Below are positions 10,779 through 21,982 of a stretch of 64,000 nt of DNA, piece by piece. The stretch comes from Selaginella moellendorffii. Its lineage: Eukaryota; Plantae; Lycopodiophyta. Below the pieces are notes generated by a model. It was not told the origin of the DNA and ran no database searches. It saw nothing but the letters and a program-made list of their open reading frames with translations. The stretch lies in assembly GCF_000143415.4 (NCBI RefSeq), contig NW_003314272.1, positions 2,195,728 to 2,259,727 of the forward strand, read 5' to 3'. The number at the start of each line of letters is the position of its first letter. Position 1 is the first letter of the stretch. The position numbers and the translations under genes were made by a program.

Positions 10779-13700
10779 TTACCTGAGATCGTCGTCCACG
10801 GAAGAAGCATTGGACGCAGTGGAGGTTCTCCGCGAGACTGTGCGTGGCTTTGAGAACCGACTCGCCGGCTCGCTGTGGAACGGGGACGGTGGAGGGAGGC
10901 CGGGGAATGGCTTTCCTGGCTCGTCCGAGAAGCTGGATCCCGACGAGCGCCTCCTGTGCCTCCCTGCTCGAGGCGACTGCGTGACGCTGGCGCTCTCTAA
11001 AACACCACCCTTAGGAGAAACAACCGCTCGCTTTGCAGCGTCTGGCGGAGCGATTGACTCGCCGTTGTCTTGGAAGCATATCACGTTGACGCGCGTCCTC
11101 TTGAGCTCAGATGGCAAGTACTGTGCTCTTACGTCGTCAGCGCGAGCCTGATGGAATGAAGCTCGGATTAGAAGATGTTTTAATGGAACGAGAAAGCTCG
11201 CTCTCTACCTGTATGTCGTCCACGTTAGGGGGAGCTTGCACGCTTTCCTCGTCTTCGCTCCCTCGAGTCAAACGACGATTGTGCCCCGTGCTTTCGCTTG
11301 ATTCACCACCAACGTCTTGCACTTTCTCGAGCAGGACCTCCCGCAGGGAGGTTAGCAAGGCCTTTGCATCGCTCGTACAATACAGGCTGAAAACGGACTC
11401 CAAGTAATCCAGCTAAAAAGTCACGAAGATCAAATCACATGTCCGGATCTTGTGAGCTCGTACCTCAAGCATTAGTTGACAGAACCCGTTGACGTCGAGA
11501 TGGTTGAGAGCCTTGGACAGGTTTTCACTTGCTGTGGTGTGCAGCGCACGTATAAGCCCCTCGAAAAGAACGCATATGACCTTGCGGACAAAGGTTTTGG
11601 CTCCAGCGTAAACCTGCGGCGGGAGATAAACTTAAATCTTTCAGACACTGAGATGATAGAGCTTACCTCTGCATGTACAGCAACCAGTGGATGAAGAAGC
11701 TCCACCGCCGCGTCACGTATTCCCTAGACGTGCACAACAAAGAAACTCTAGCCAGCGAAGAAGTAGCCACAAGTACCTTGACAGGAGGAGCAGATGCCCA
11801 TTGAGTCCCATCATCTAATATGTAACTGGCTGCAGTAGTTCCTACCGATGAAGCCTGGACGTCGTCAAAGAAATTTCATAACTGATGATGTCATAAGAGA
11901 AATACCACTCACCTTGACGTAGTTGTACTCATTCAAAATCTTGTCTTCTAAAGCCGAGAAGGCAGCCACAACTTCGCTTTCCGTAGGTGAAATTTCAACT
12001 ACCGGCTCTTTGGCGTTCATTCTGTAAAAACGCACAAAGTTTAGATAAAATAGAGATCAAGTGCGAGCTGATACCTCTCTCGGGTCCAAACATCCTTGTG
12101 TTTGCTCGAAAGTTCTGGCAACAAAATACTTTTGATGAAACCAATATTACTTAGCACCATCAAGAGTTTCTGGTGAGGATTATTAACTTCCACCCCGACT
12201 TGAAGTCCGACAAACTTATTATTTGCCGAAAGTGTATCTGCAGCCATATTAACAATTTTTTTATCTAAGAGCTCTGCAACAAAACCACCATGAGCAGGTA
12301 AGCTTTTATACTTTGCAGAATGGTCACTCACCTAGAACGTCCAAAAAGCACTCATAAAATGCAGTCTGTAAAGACGCCTGCATCTGACCGAGTTGAGTAG
12401 CCAGATTATTAGGCGGAGTTGGCTCAAGTTTCACCTTATCCAAAACCCTGTGTTGATAACCTTTTCGGTTAAAAGAAAGGAAACAAAATCAGCCGGTAGC
12501 GTACTCTTTCATGTGTTCTATCGTTGAGTTGAGAATGTCACGAAGCTTCAGAGGAAGTGAAGAAATCGCATACGAGGATTCATTCCGTTCTACGGCGGGC
12601 ACTGGTATCCAGTCTTCCTCTTCTACCAAATCGGAAGCCTTTTGCCGCATCAAAGAGCAAAACTTGAAAATAAATTGATGCACAAGTTCCATCTTTAACG
12701 TTGTCAATGTTTGAACTGTTAACCATCCATAACGTTAACAATACTATTTCACAACTTTAAGCTATACCTGCGCCGACAGGAGAACAATCCTTTCCAGAAA
12801 GAGCCGCACAAGCCTTTGAAAGCTCCCACAGAGCTTCTCGCATATACCAACGCATCTCTGTTGCTTCCGCGAGTGTCGTAAAAGCAGTGTGAACCTTGCA
12901 TGGAAAATCAAACATTTTAAGAACAATTTTGAGAATAAAGAATAAATTCTTACTTTAGATTCGTACGAGCCTACAATTCCTTGGACCATAGCTACAACTT
13001 CATCGAGAGAGTGTGAAGTGTATTGAACAACCACTTTGGGTTTTTCTTCAAAAGGATAGTTTTCATGATCACGGTCTTTCGGCTCTGCCTTCTGTGTACT
13101 TGGACGTGATACCTTGACAAGGGAAACATTTATACATTCAACTAACGAAAGAAACCATTTAACGAACACTCACCTTTGCAAATTTTCCCTTGAAAATTGA
13201 TAATGCCAGTCTCCAAAAATCAGGAACATACTGAATAATAACAGCTGAAAGCCTGCGTATAAGCCTTCCAAACAGTGCATCAGATTCGTCGTTGATAAAA
13301 TCTCTAATTTCAGCTTCCGTTGCATCATCTTCTTGATCCACAATAAATAAGGAAATGTCAACCTCAGTCTGCAAAACCCAAAACATAATAAGCTACACAC
13401 TAACACTCAAAGCGTCACTTACCGACTTTGGCGATTCACTTTGCAATTGCTTCCATCGGGCATCCGATTCCACTTTTTGCTGCAAACGTCCATGCAGGTT
13501 ATCCATCTGAACCTCGTGTTCTAGGACGCATGCCTCAAGAATCGATCGAATCCGCCGCTCCTATCACCAGTTTAAAATATGATTCCCATTTGAAAGGCTT
13601 CCTTACTTGCATACTTAAGTACTGCCAGACAGGGTCAGAGTCAGGATCCAACTCAAGTAGTAGCCGTATTGCATTTTCGAGCTGCCAGATCGAGATGGTT

Positions 13701-15275
13701 AAGCATCTGTTATATCGAAAAAAATGCTATACCTGCGAAAATTCGGCATGAGGGTCTTCCATGCATCTCGAGAGCATGTCTTTTAATTCTTGCACAACTT
13801 TCTCGACTTCTTCAAACACGCGCTTTAATATTCTTCCCTGCAATGCATTGTTAGTAGGTAATCCCAAGGTCTGACTGCTACTAACATGTGAAGGAAGGAC
13901 GAGCGACTTGGTCTTTTTGTACTCTCTCACAGCCATGTCATATTCACATTTGCTGATATGCCCACGTATTGCGCTTGGAAGGTTGAATAGTGTTCGGAAA
14001 CGTTGCAGCATTCCTTGAACAGATCGAATTCGTTCAGCTTGAGCCTGAAAGCTAAGAAGTTGCAATTTCCAAAAATAATAAAATACAACTTGATACCTGC
14101 CGCTCGAGGAGAGGTCCAAAAGCTCGCTTTGCTACCTCGTCCAAGTCCTGAATAGCATGAGTTAAGTGTGCAGTGCCCGCGCCTTCGGCATCCGACTCTA
14201 TCTGTTGCAATTTTGAGTGTATATCTGCAACAAGGAGTAAGCGACGAACCACTGAAATATCAGCACATACCGTCAATCGTATTTTTACACGATACAAAAC
14301 ACTCAAAGTTTTCCTTGACAAGAAGCTTTAGCTGCTGCTTTCGGTTTTGCAGATCCATTTTTAAAGCCGCGTCTCCGTGTTCCAAATCGGAGGCTTTGGT
14401 TCTCTGATGAATGCGTGCCAAAAAGTACTTCGGATCGAACTTTTCCGAATGATACAGCACTTTTTCTGCATTGGAAGACATAAATTTAAAAAAAAAACAA
14501 TATTTCTATCTTTTCCTAAGAAACCTCGACTTGTAGGATCTCGGGCCGGAGCATCTTGCACTGGAGCTTTTGCTCCCGGAGAGGCTGAGTCACTTATCAA
14601 CGTGAGGGACTTCAAATCTATCGTCCTGTTTGAGAAAGCAGAAGCTTAAGTCTCGAAAAGTTTAAAAGTAAGAGTAAAACAACTAGAGCACTCACCCGAG
14701 ACCCAGAGGATCGATCAAATCCTCTCGGGGATAAACCTCTCCCCCAGCCATGGTCGCCCTGCGGGCAAGAGTCGACCTCCGCAATCCTGGAGCAGCTCTT
14801 GCCTCACGCATGGCACGAACTCTTCGGTGGAGCTGAAAGAAAAGCAGAGGAACGAAAAAAAACTAAGAGCAAAACAAACGAGAGAAGATCACTCTACCTC
14901 TTCTTCGTTAACTTTGCTCCAAGACTTCGGTTCTTCCTCCTCCACCTCCTCGTCACTAAAATCCTCGATCCCAAGATCCGCGTCCCTGCTCGCATCCACC
15001 GGCTTGGCAGTGGCAGCGGCAGCACGAGGAGCATCGTCGTCATCATCGTCGGAAGAAATGCTCAGGAGCTCCACTTCCGATTCGTCGTCCTCCATTGGAT
15101 GAGGAGCTGGATTGTTTAATTGCTGGCGCTGTGCGGGAGGAGGAGCGGCGGGCGGCTTTCGAGAGGGCGGCGGCGGGCGGGTGTAGCGGACGTCTCGCTG
15201 CGCTTGCTCCTCCAATGCGCGCTGTAGCAGCTCCTCCTCGTCCTGGTCATCTTCTTCCTCGGAACTCGACATCAT
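10779..15275 (-). CDS. SEC5: Exocyst complex component SEC5 (EXOC2), multi-exon
   Basis: N-term DEEELLQRALEEQAQRD; YHSEKFDPKYFLARIHQ, QLKLLVKENFECFVSCKNTID, ERIRSVQGMLQRFRTLFNLPSAIR, LLMVLSNIGF conserved in plant SEC5. Confidence 0.93.
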
Positions 15276-15704
15276 CAGCGGCGCACGACACAGAGATCCG
15301 TTCCAGGTGCTTTAGATTGTTCGCTAGATCTACGTCATACCTTGCCGCGCGAGCGAGAGGACTCTAACCCTAGCTCGAATTGGATCGCGCGCAGAGTTTT
15401 AGGGTTCTTCGTCTAGGGTTTATTGGCGATGATGATAGATCCCAGGCGCGTTGCTGACGATCCAGGAGGCGCAATGCGGTGCCGAGAGCACCGGCACTTC
15501 TCGCATTCCGCGGAGCTCCTGGCGTCGGAGGTATCCGATCGCCGCCTCCGCGAGAGCTGCCTGGCGCATTGGCTCGCGTCGCTTCTCCGTGTGATGATCC
15601 TGGTTTTCAATCTGATGCTCAGCTCCTCTATTTCGTGGAAAGGGTCCTAGTAAAGTCCAGTCGAGAACCCTAAAGAGTTGTGGTCCAGGGTTTCCGAGCT
15701 GGAG

Positions 15705-18530
15705 ATGCCGATCCGCGAGGATCTAGTGAGAGTTCTCCAGATCAAACACCCCACCAATAGCTCCAGCACCTCCAGCGGGTGCGACGACGGCAATTCCAGA
15801 TGGAGCCAGCGATTGTGCTCACGATTCAAGCTGGAATCGGTGCTTCCTTGTGTTTCTTGGATGTCGTCTTATCGAGTGCACGAGTATCTCAGGGACGATA
15901 TTCTTGCTGGGATCACGATTGGAACCATGCTCATACCTCAGGTACTTAGAGCTTCCCTTTTTTCTCTCTTGTTTTTCTTTAGCTTGATCGATGTTTCTTA
16001 TAGGCTATGTCGTATGCGAAGCTTGCCGGGCTACCTCCAATCTGTGGACTTTGTAAGTTTTCTATCTTCGCGATTTTTTTCTCTTTCGGTCTGTGCTTAT
16101 GGTTTTCAATGTTTTCCAGACGCTGGCTTTGTACCAAACTTGGCATATGGTGTCTTTGGTTCCTCTCGTCAGGTAGCAAATGGTCCAGTAGCTCTTGTGT
16201 CACTTCTTGTGTATAATGTTCTCTCGGGAATGGTCCCTCCGGAAGCTGAAAACTACACACAGCAATATGTGGCGCTTGCTGTTCTTTTGGCGTTAATGGT
16301 AGGCCTTTTGGAATGCACCATGGGAATTTTGAGGTAAACAGTTTCTTGCCTCTTCTCTTAAGCTGTTAACTTCGTCTTGAATCCACAGGTTGGGTTGGCT
16401 TGTTCGTTTCATCAGTCACTCTGTCACCTCGGGGTTTACTTCGGCATCCGCGATCATAATCGGACTCTCACAGGCCAAGTATTTCCTCGGGTACAGTATT
16501 TCAAGGAGTACAAAGATTGTGCCTCTTCTTTGGAGTATTATGCAAGGGTACAAGGAGGTATACTTGTCCTTGTTGCTTGAGCCTTACTGTTTTATTTCCT
16601 CTTTCATGTATTCAGTTCCAGCCGATTCCGTTTCTGATGGGATGTTTAATGCTGTCAATTCTTCTTTCTATGAAACATGTGGTAAGCTAAGTTCTTCGTA
16701 CTTGTCGGTCTTTAGTTTTCAACTTCTTTCCAGGGGAAAACAATCAAGCGGTTCAGATCTGTACGAGCAGCGGGGCCATTGACGGCTGTTATAATCGGAA
16801 CTGTTTTTGTTAAACTGTTCCGTCCGCCATCTATCAGTGTGGTAGGTATGCCTTTTCACAGCACCTGGTTCCTTTAGCTAATAAAATGTGTTTTAGATAG
16901 GGGAGATTCCCCAGGGGCTACCACAATTTTCTTTAGACTACGATTTCAAGGATGCCAAAGGATTGTTGTCAACCGCATTTGTAATAACTGGTGTAGCGAT
17001 CTTGGTGAGTAGCTGGCACAAAGAAAATACTGTCATTAACGTGACATTCTTCGCAGGAATCAGTTGCTATTGCTAAGACGCTTGCAGCAAAAAATGGATA
17101 CGAGATTGATTCCAACCAGGAAGTAAGGATGTCCTCGTGTTATTGACTGATTGTGACAAATCTTTTCAGTTGTTTGGACTTGGTGTGGCAAACATACTGG
17201 GTTCATTGTTTCAATCGTATCCTACCACTGGTAAGTTTTATTTAAACTCTGAGCTTCGAACTAAAACCAATATAATGCGCGCAGGATCCTTCTCTAGATC
17301 TGCCGTCAATCATGACGCGGGCGCACACACCGGGTTATCGGGAATCGTCACGGGATTCATGATTGGTTGCGTGCTTCTGTTCTTAACTCCGCTTTTCTCA
17401 GATATTCCACAGGTTAGTAGACTGAAACATGCTACTAGTCTCCTCTTACCTCTTACTTCCTGTTCAGTGTGCTCTAGCGGCTATCGTTGTCTCCGCCGTG
17501 GCAGGGTTGGTACGTGGCCATCACGCTTTGATAATTGTCATCGCTAATATGTTATGGATACAGGTTGATTACGATGAAGCAATATTTTTATGGAGAGTCA
17601 AGAAAAAGGATTTTTGTCTTTGGGTTGCGGCATTCGCCAACACACTATTTTTTGGTGTTGAAATTGGGGTGCTCATTGCGGTATGTGAATCCCTTTATAT
17701 TCCTTCCTTTTTAACTCTCACATAACTGCAGATTACGCTTTCATTGGTTTTTGTTATCTACGAGTCAGCAAATCCCCATATTGGTGAGGGAATTCTCCTT
17801 TTTCTTTCGCTGGACTGTCTTATCTTTTTGTTTCAATCAGCCATTCTGGGACGCCTCCCAGGAACGACAGTATACAGAAACGTGAGACAGTATGCAGACG
17901 CGTACACATACCATGGGATCGTCATTGTACGTATTGATGCCCCGATGTACTTCGCAAACATCAGCTTCATCAAAGACAGGTCACCCTCTCCTCTCTTTAT
18001 CTTTTGTTAAAGCGTGTACGTGCTTTCCCTTCACTTTTGTTTCACGCACTTCTTGCAGGTTGAGGAAATATGAGCTGTGCTCTAAAGGCACAGCCAGCAG
18101 GGGCCTCAGGACCGAAGACATCCGCTTCGTCATCATCGAAATGTCTCGTAAGTTCTGACCGTCTATGGATGTTTCTAACGTTTGGAGCAGCTGTAACTTA
18201 CGTCGACTCAACTGCTATTCATGCCATCAAGGAGCTCTACCTCGAGTACAAGTCGCGCAACATTCAGGTTTGCGAATTTTCCTCAAGAGCTGGAGTGACC
18301 ATGATAAAGTTCTTGGTTTTTTGTAGATGGCACTGTCCAATCCAAACGAGCAAGTCATGAAAACGTTGGATCGAGCAGGCATTCCCGAGCTTATTGGGCT
18401 CGAGTGGTACTTCGTGCGCGTTCATGATGCCGTCCAAGTTTGCCTCTCGCGCTTGCAAAAGGAAAACTATCCACGCCCAGATGGTGATGAAAGCGCTCCA
18501 TTGGTAATCGTACAGAGAAGAGGCGATTAA
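15705..18530 (+). CDS. SULTR4: Sulfate transporter, SLC26/SULTR4-like with STAS domain, multi-exon
   Basis: DILAGITIGTMLIPQ-AMSYAKLAGLPPI, FGSSRQVANGPVALVSLL, GSFSRSAVNHDAGA, LGRLPGTTVYRNVRQY, VRIDAPMYFAN, YVDSTAIHAIKELY (STAS). Confidence 0.92.
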
Positions 18531-18850
18531 AGTGTGGTGTGTAAAGCATACCTTTTAGACTGCTGGCATATTCGATACGGACGGCCACGATCGGTTAGAA
18601 AACCATCCCGTTTGCATTTCGAATGATGAACGCGCTGGATTTTAGGGTTCTTCGCAACGACGCGCTCTCGCCGCTCGCCGCTTGCTGCTTGCTGCTCGCT
18701 GCTCGATTTGTGCAATGCTGCAGATCGCCACGATGCATTGGAAGGGATGTCAAAGGTAGTGCGGAGCTCCTGATCGATCGGTGCCAAAGCCATGAATTTT
18801 CGCACGCGCGACCGAGAATGTAGCCTCCCCGCTGCCGGATTTCGTTAGAG

Positions 18851-21126
18851 ATGGAGGAAATCGAGCACGTCGTGCAGGTTTTCCGGGGGATGCACTTCAA
18901 CGAGAGGGCGTTGGAGAGGAAGTATGCGATGGCCTTCACAGGGCCGATCGATCAGCTCTTTGACGACGAAAGCGTCAGGATTGCTGCCGCCAGAGCGCTA
19001 GAGGTATGTCTTCTTTCTTGCATTTCTTTCTCTTTTCTTAGTTTTTCTTCTCTTCTTGGTAGAACAACGAAGGGGATTTGAGCGCAATCGGAGACAATGG
19101 CTACAGGGCCGTGATACATGAGCTCTTTCTTCTACAGAAGTGCGTCGAGAAGGATCCCATGCGTGTTGGTGTGCCGCGAGTAGAACTGCCCAGCCCGCTA
19201 GCGAAGAAGGCGAAGGCTAATGCTTGGAGTTCTAGCCGACCCAAGCCTGGACAGCTATTGCTGGAAGCGGCTACTGAGAAGCTTGCGGCCACCGAGGACT
19301 CGAGAATCTGCAGCAATGTTTGTGACGAGAACTTTGCGTCCACTTCCGGCCGAGACGAGGAACTTCCGGAGTTCCCTCCTGGCTTTGAAGATTTTGGAAA
19401 GGTAATGCTGCTGCCAGTGCGTCAAGCTTATGACTGGGGGATTGTCGTCCAAGGCTGTGAGCTCTCGGAGTTGAAGGGGCTGCTCCATAGCAGATTGGAG
19501 ATCGTTCCAGCGCCGGCCGATGAACTCGCCATTGTTTCGTGCGAGGACAGTGGTGGAGTTTTCAAGTTTGTGTCGGGCGTGGTGGCGGAGATGTTTTATG
19601 AGGCTTGCGTGACGAGTCCACCTGTGGTACAAGGGAGGGAGCTTTCCGTTCAGAGGCTGTACGCGCCGGCTGAGATTCCTTCCGTGGACTTCGTGTGGCG
19701 ATCCTCGTCAACTTTGCTTTACTTTCGGGGAGACGGGGCCCGGAGCAGCCTCAAGCAGCACTTTGAGAAAGTTTTGCCGGAAAAAAACGTTGGAGAGGTG
19801 GTCCGATCGATGCATATCTTTCCGGAGGGATTGGACGCACTGGTGGAGCTGGAGTCGGACCTGGTAGCGGATCTATTCTTTTACCGGTGCGGCAAGAACA
19901 GGTGCTTGGAATGGGATTTCCTGGTCTGTCGTAGCAAGGTCATGCCACCGGACGACGAAGTGGAGCCCTTCATCGACGTAGTGTCCATACCTGACTTGAA
20001 CTGGCCGATCAAGAGTATCAACCAGGCAGCGGACAGCAACAAGGTGCCACAGCCGGCATCCAAGAGGCTTGAGATTCGGCTTCTTCCCGATAGTGTCCAG
20101 GCCGTCAAGGCGAAAGATACTCAGGCTGCGGGTGAAACACAGTTGCCGGTCAGCGATTCTGATACTCGGGCGCTCCGAGGCGATGGCAACTTGAAGACTG
20201 GCACTACTAAGGCTCCCCGTCCGACGAAAGGAAAAGAGATTCCGTTTCAACTTCGACTCATGCCTGCGAGCAAAAAGCTGGTGGTTCTCGAGGATGATAG
20301 AGCTTGTCTTGCAACGTTTTTCGAGACCCTTCTCCTGTGGAGAAAACCGGACGAGTGCTGTCAAGTCTGCAGTCCGCGGCCCAACATGTCGATTGTCAAG
20401 TGCAGCTCCGAAGCTGCGGCGGACGCCATCATGGATGCGTACGTCGAAGAGCCGCAGAAGTTTATCGTCGACGGCCAACCGCTTCAGGTCCTCCGAGACA
20501 GGTCTTACCATCGTCCCGGCGCGGTCAACAAGATGTATACCGTGGAGGACGAGGACCCAGGTGAAGTCAGCGTCTCGGGCCTTCCGGATCTCCCACCGCA
20601 GTTACTCAAGGCGGCTCTTCGCGAGCTCCTGGATAGGACGTTCGCGTCGGACTCGTCCGTCAGAGAGCACGGAAACGGGCTGTTCAAGGAGTACCATCAG
20701 AAACACGGCGTGAGCTACATTAGCTTCTACACCGTGGCGACCACAGTAGCGCTGCTTAAGCTCAAGCATCCCATCACGCTTGGTGGCAAAGTTCTCAGCT
20801 TCGAGCATCACGGCCCCAAGAGAGCACCGGAGCGAGGCTGGAGCCACAAACTTGACAGGCATGGCCGGAGTCACGAGCAGCACCAGCCAGGCTTTTGGCA
20901 TGGTAAAAGTCCAAGCCCAAAGGAAGGTGAGGCATACTTTCGCCGAGCCAGGGGTCGTTCTACCGAAGAGAGGCAGCTCGGCATCGTCCGTCGAGAGCTT
21001 GATCCTTCTCCTCGATGCGATCCCTTCAACGAGAAGTTCCTCAGGCTTCATGAACCTCAGATTTTGGAAGGCGAGAGGTCAGTATCTCTGTTAAGAAACT
21101 CAAGCTTTGGTGTTCTTACTGTTTGA
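18851..21126 (+). CDS. Uncharacterised protein with WIYLD-like N-terminus and up to four degenerate RRM-like domains (one intron 19004-19062)
   Basis: Exon 1 ...IAAARALE joins in frame to NNEGDLSAIGDNGYRAVIHELF and the 682-aa ORF. The C-terminal block GEVSVSGLP...GVSYISFYT...ITLGGKVLSF has RNP2/RNP1 spacing. Confidence 0.75.
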
Positions 21127-21355
21127 TGGCAGGCATGGTCATCGTCGGAAGCGTTCCACCTGTATCGCATTCGAGGAACACTTCTATGATCACCGCCAGG
21201 TTACTTGGAAGAGGTAATCGATCGAGATTCGTGGTTTTGGATAAGAAAACTAACACAACTATGATCAGCCATGTAAATCTGAGTAAAAACTTTGCCAAGA
21301 TGTTTTGATAAAATGCCTCGCACTGTCAAACACACCATAACATCGTTGGGTGTGA

Positions 21356-21776
21356 TCACTTCTTAGAATCATCGTCCACGAGAATGCCCAGGAGCTCCTC
21401 CTCGCGATAGAGCGTATACCTGGACGAAGCAATCAAATCAAACATCTATCGAGGGAAGGAATCACTCACTCTTTTTGGCCGAGCTTGACAACTTTGCCGC
21501 CGTGCTCGGGCAGGAGGACCTCGTCCCCTTCCTTGACGCACAGAGGAATCATCTGCCCGTCCCGGAGGCGCCGCTTCCCAGTGGCAATCACTGTTCCCGA
21601 ATTGTACTGCGTGACAATGACCAAATCTCAGACAAAAAGGAGGAAGAATCGAGCAATCACTCTACCTTGGTCAGTGAATCCGGCAGCAAGACCCCGCCCA
21701 TCGACGCCGCCGGAGGAATAAACTTCTCCACGAGCACTCTGTCGAGAAGGGGAGCGAGCTTCGCGAAAGCCGCCAT
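21356..21776 (-). CDS. CPN10: 10-kDa chaperonin (CPN10/GroES), 3 exons, not in the ORF track
   Basis: Spliced: MAAFAKLAPLLDRVLVEKFIPPAASMGGVLLPDSLTK / YNSGTVIATGKRRLRDGQMIPLCVKEGDEVLLPEHGGKVVKLGQKE / YTLYREEELLGILVDDDSKK*; GT-AG introns. Confidence 0.93.
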
Positions 21777-21982
21777 CGTCAACAAACCCTAAAATCCCGG
21801 CTTCGTCTAAAACCCTGGAAAGAGTTTTCTAGAACCCCAGATTCTATCAAATAAAGGTATATTCCATTAAACCTTAGATGAGCTTATCTACAGAAAAATC
21901 TCCCCGTCAAAACTCGTCTCCTTCGACCAGAGATTGCTCACTCTCCTCGATCGCTTTGGCGGCCGATGGATCGATCGCCCAA

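Noticed and set aside
15413-15673. Short ORFs between SEC5 and SULTR4
   Set aside because: GC-rich promoter/UTR sequence; no homology or splice support for a gene or conserved uORF.
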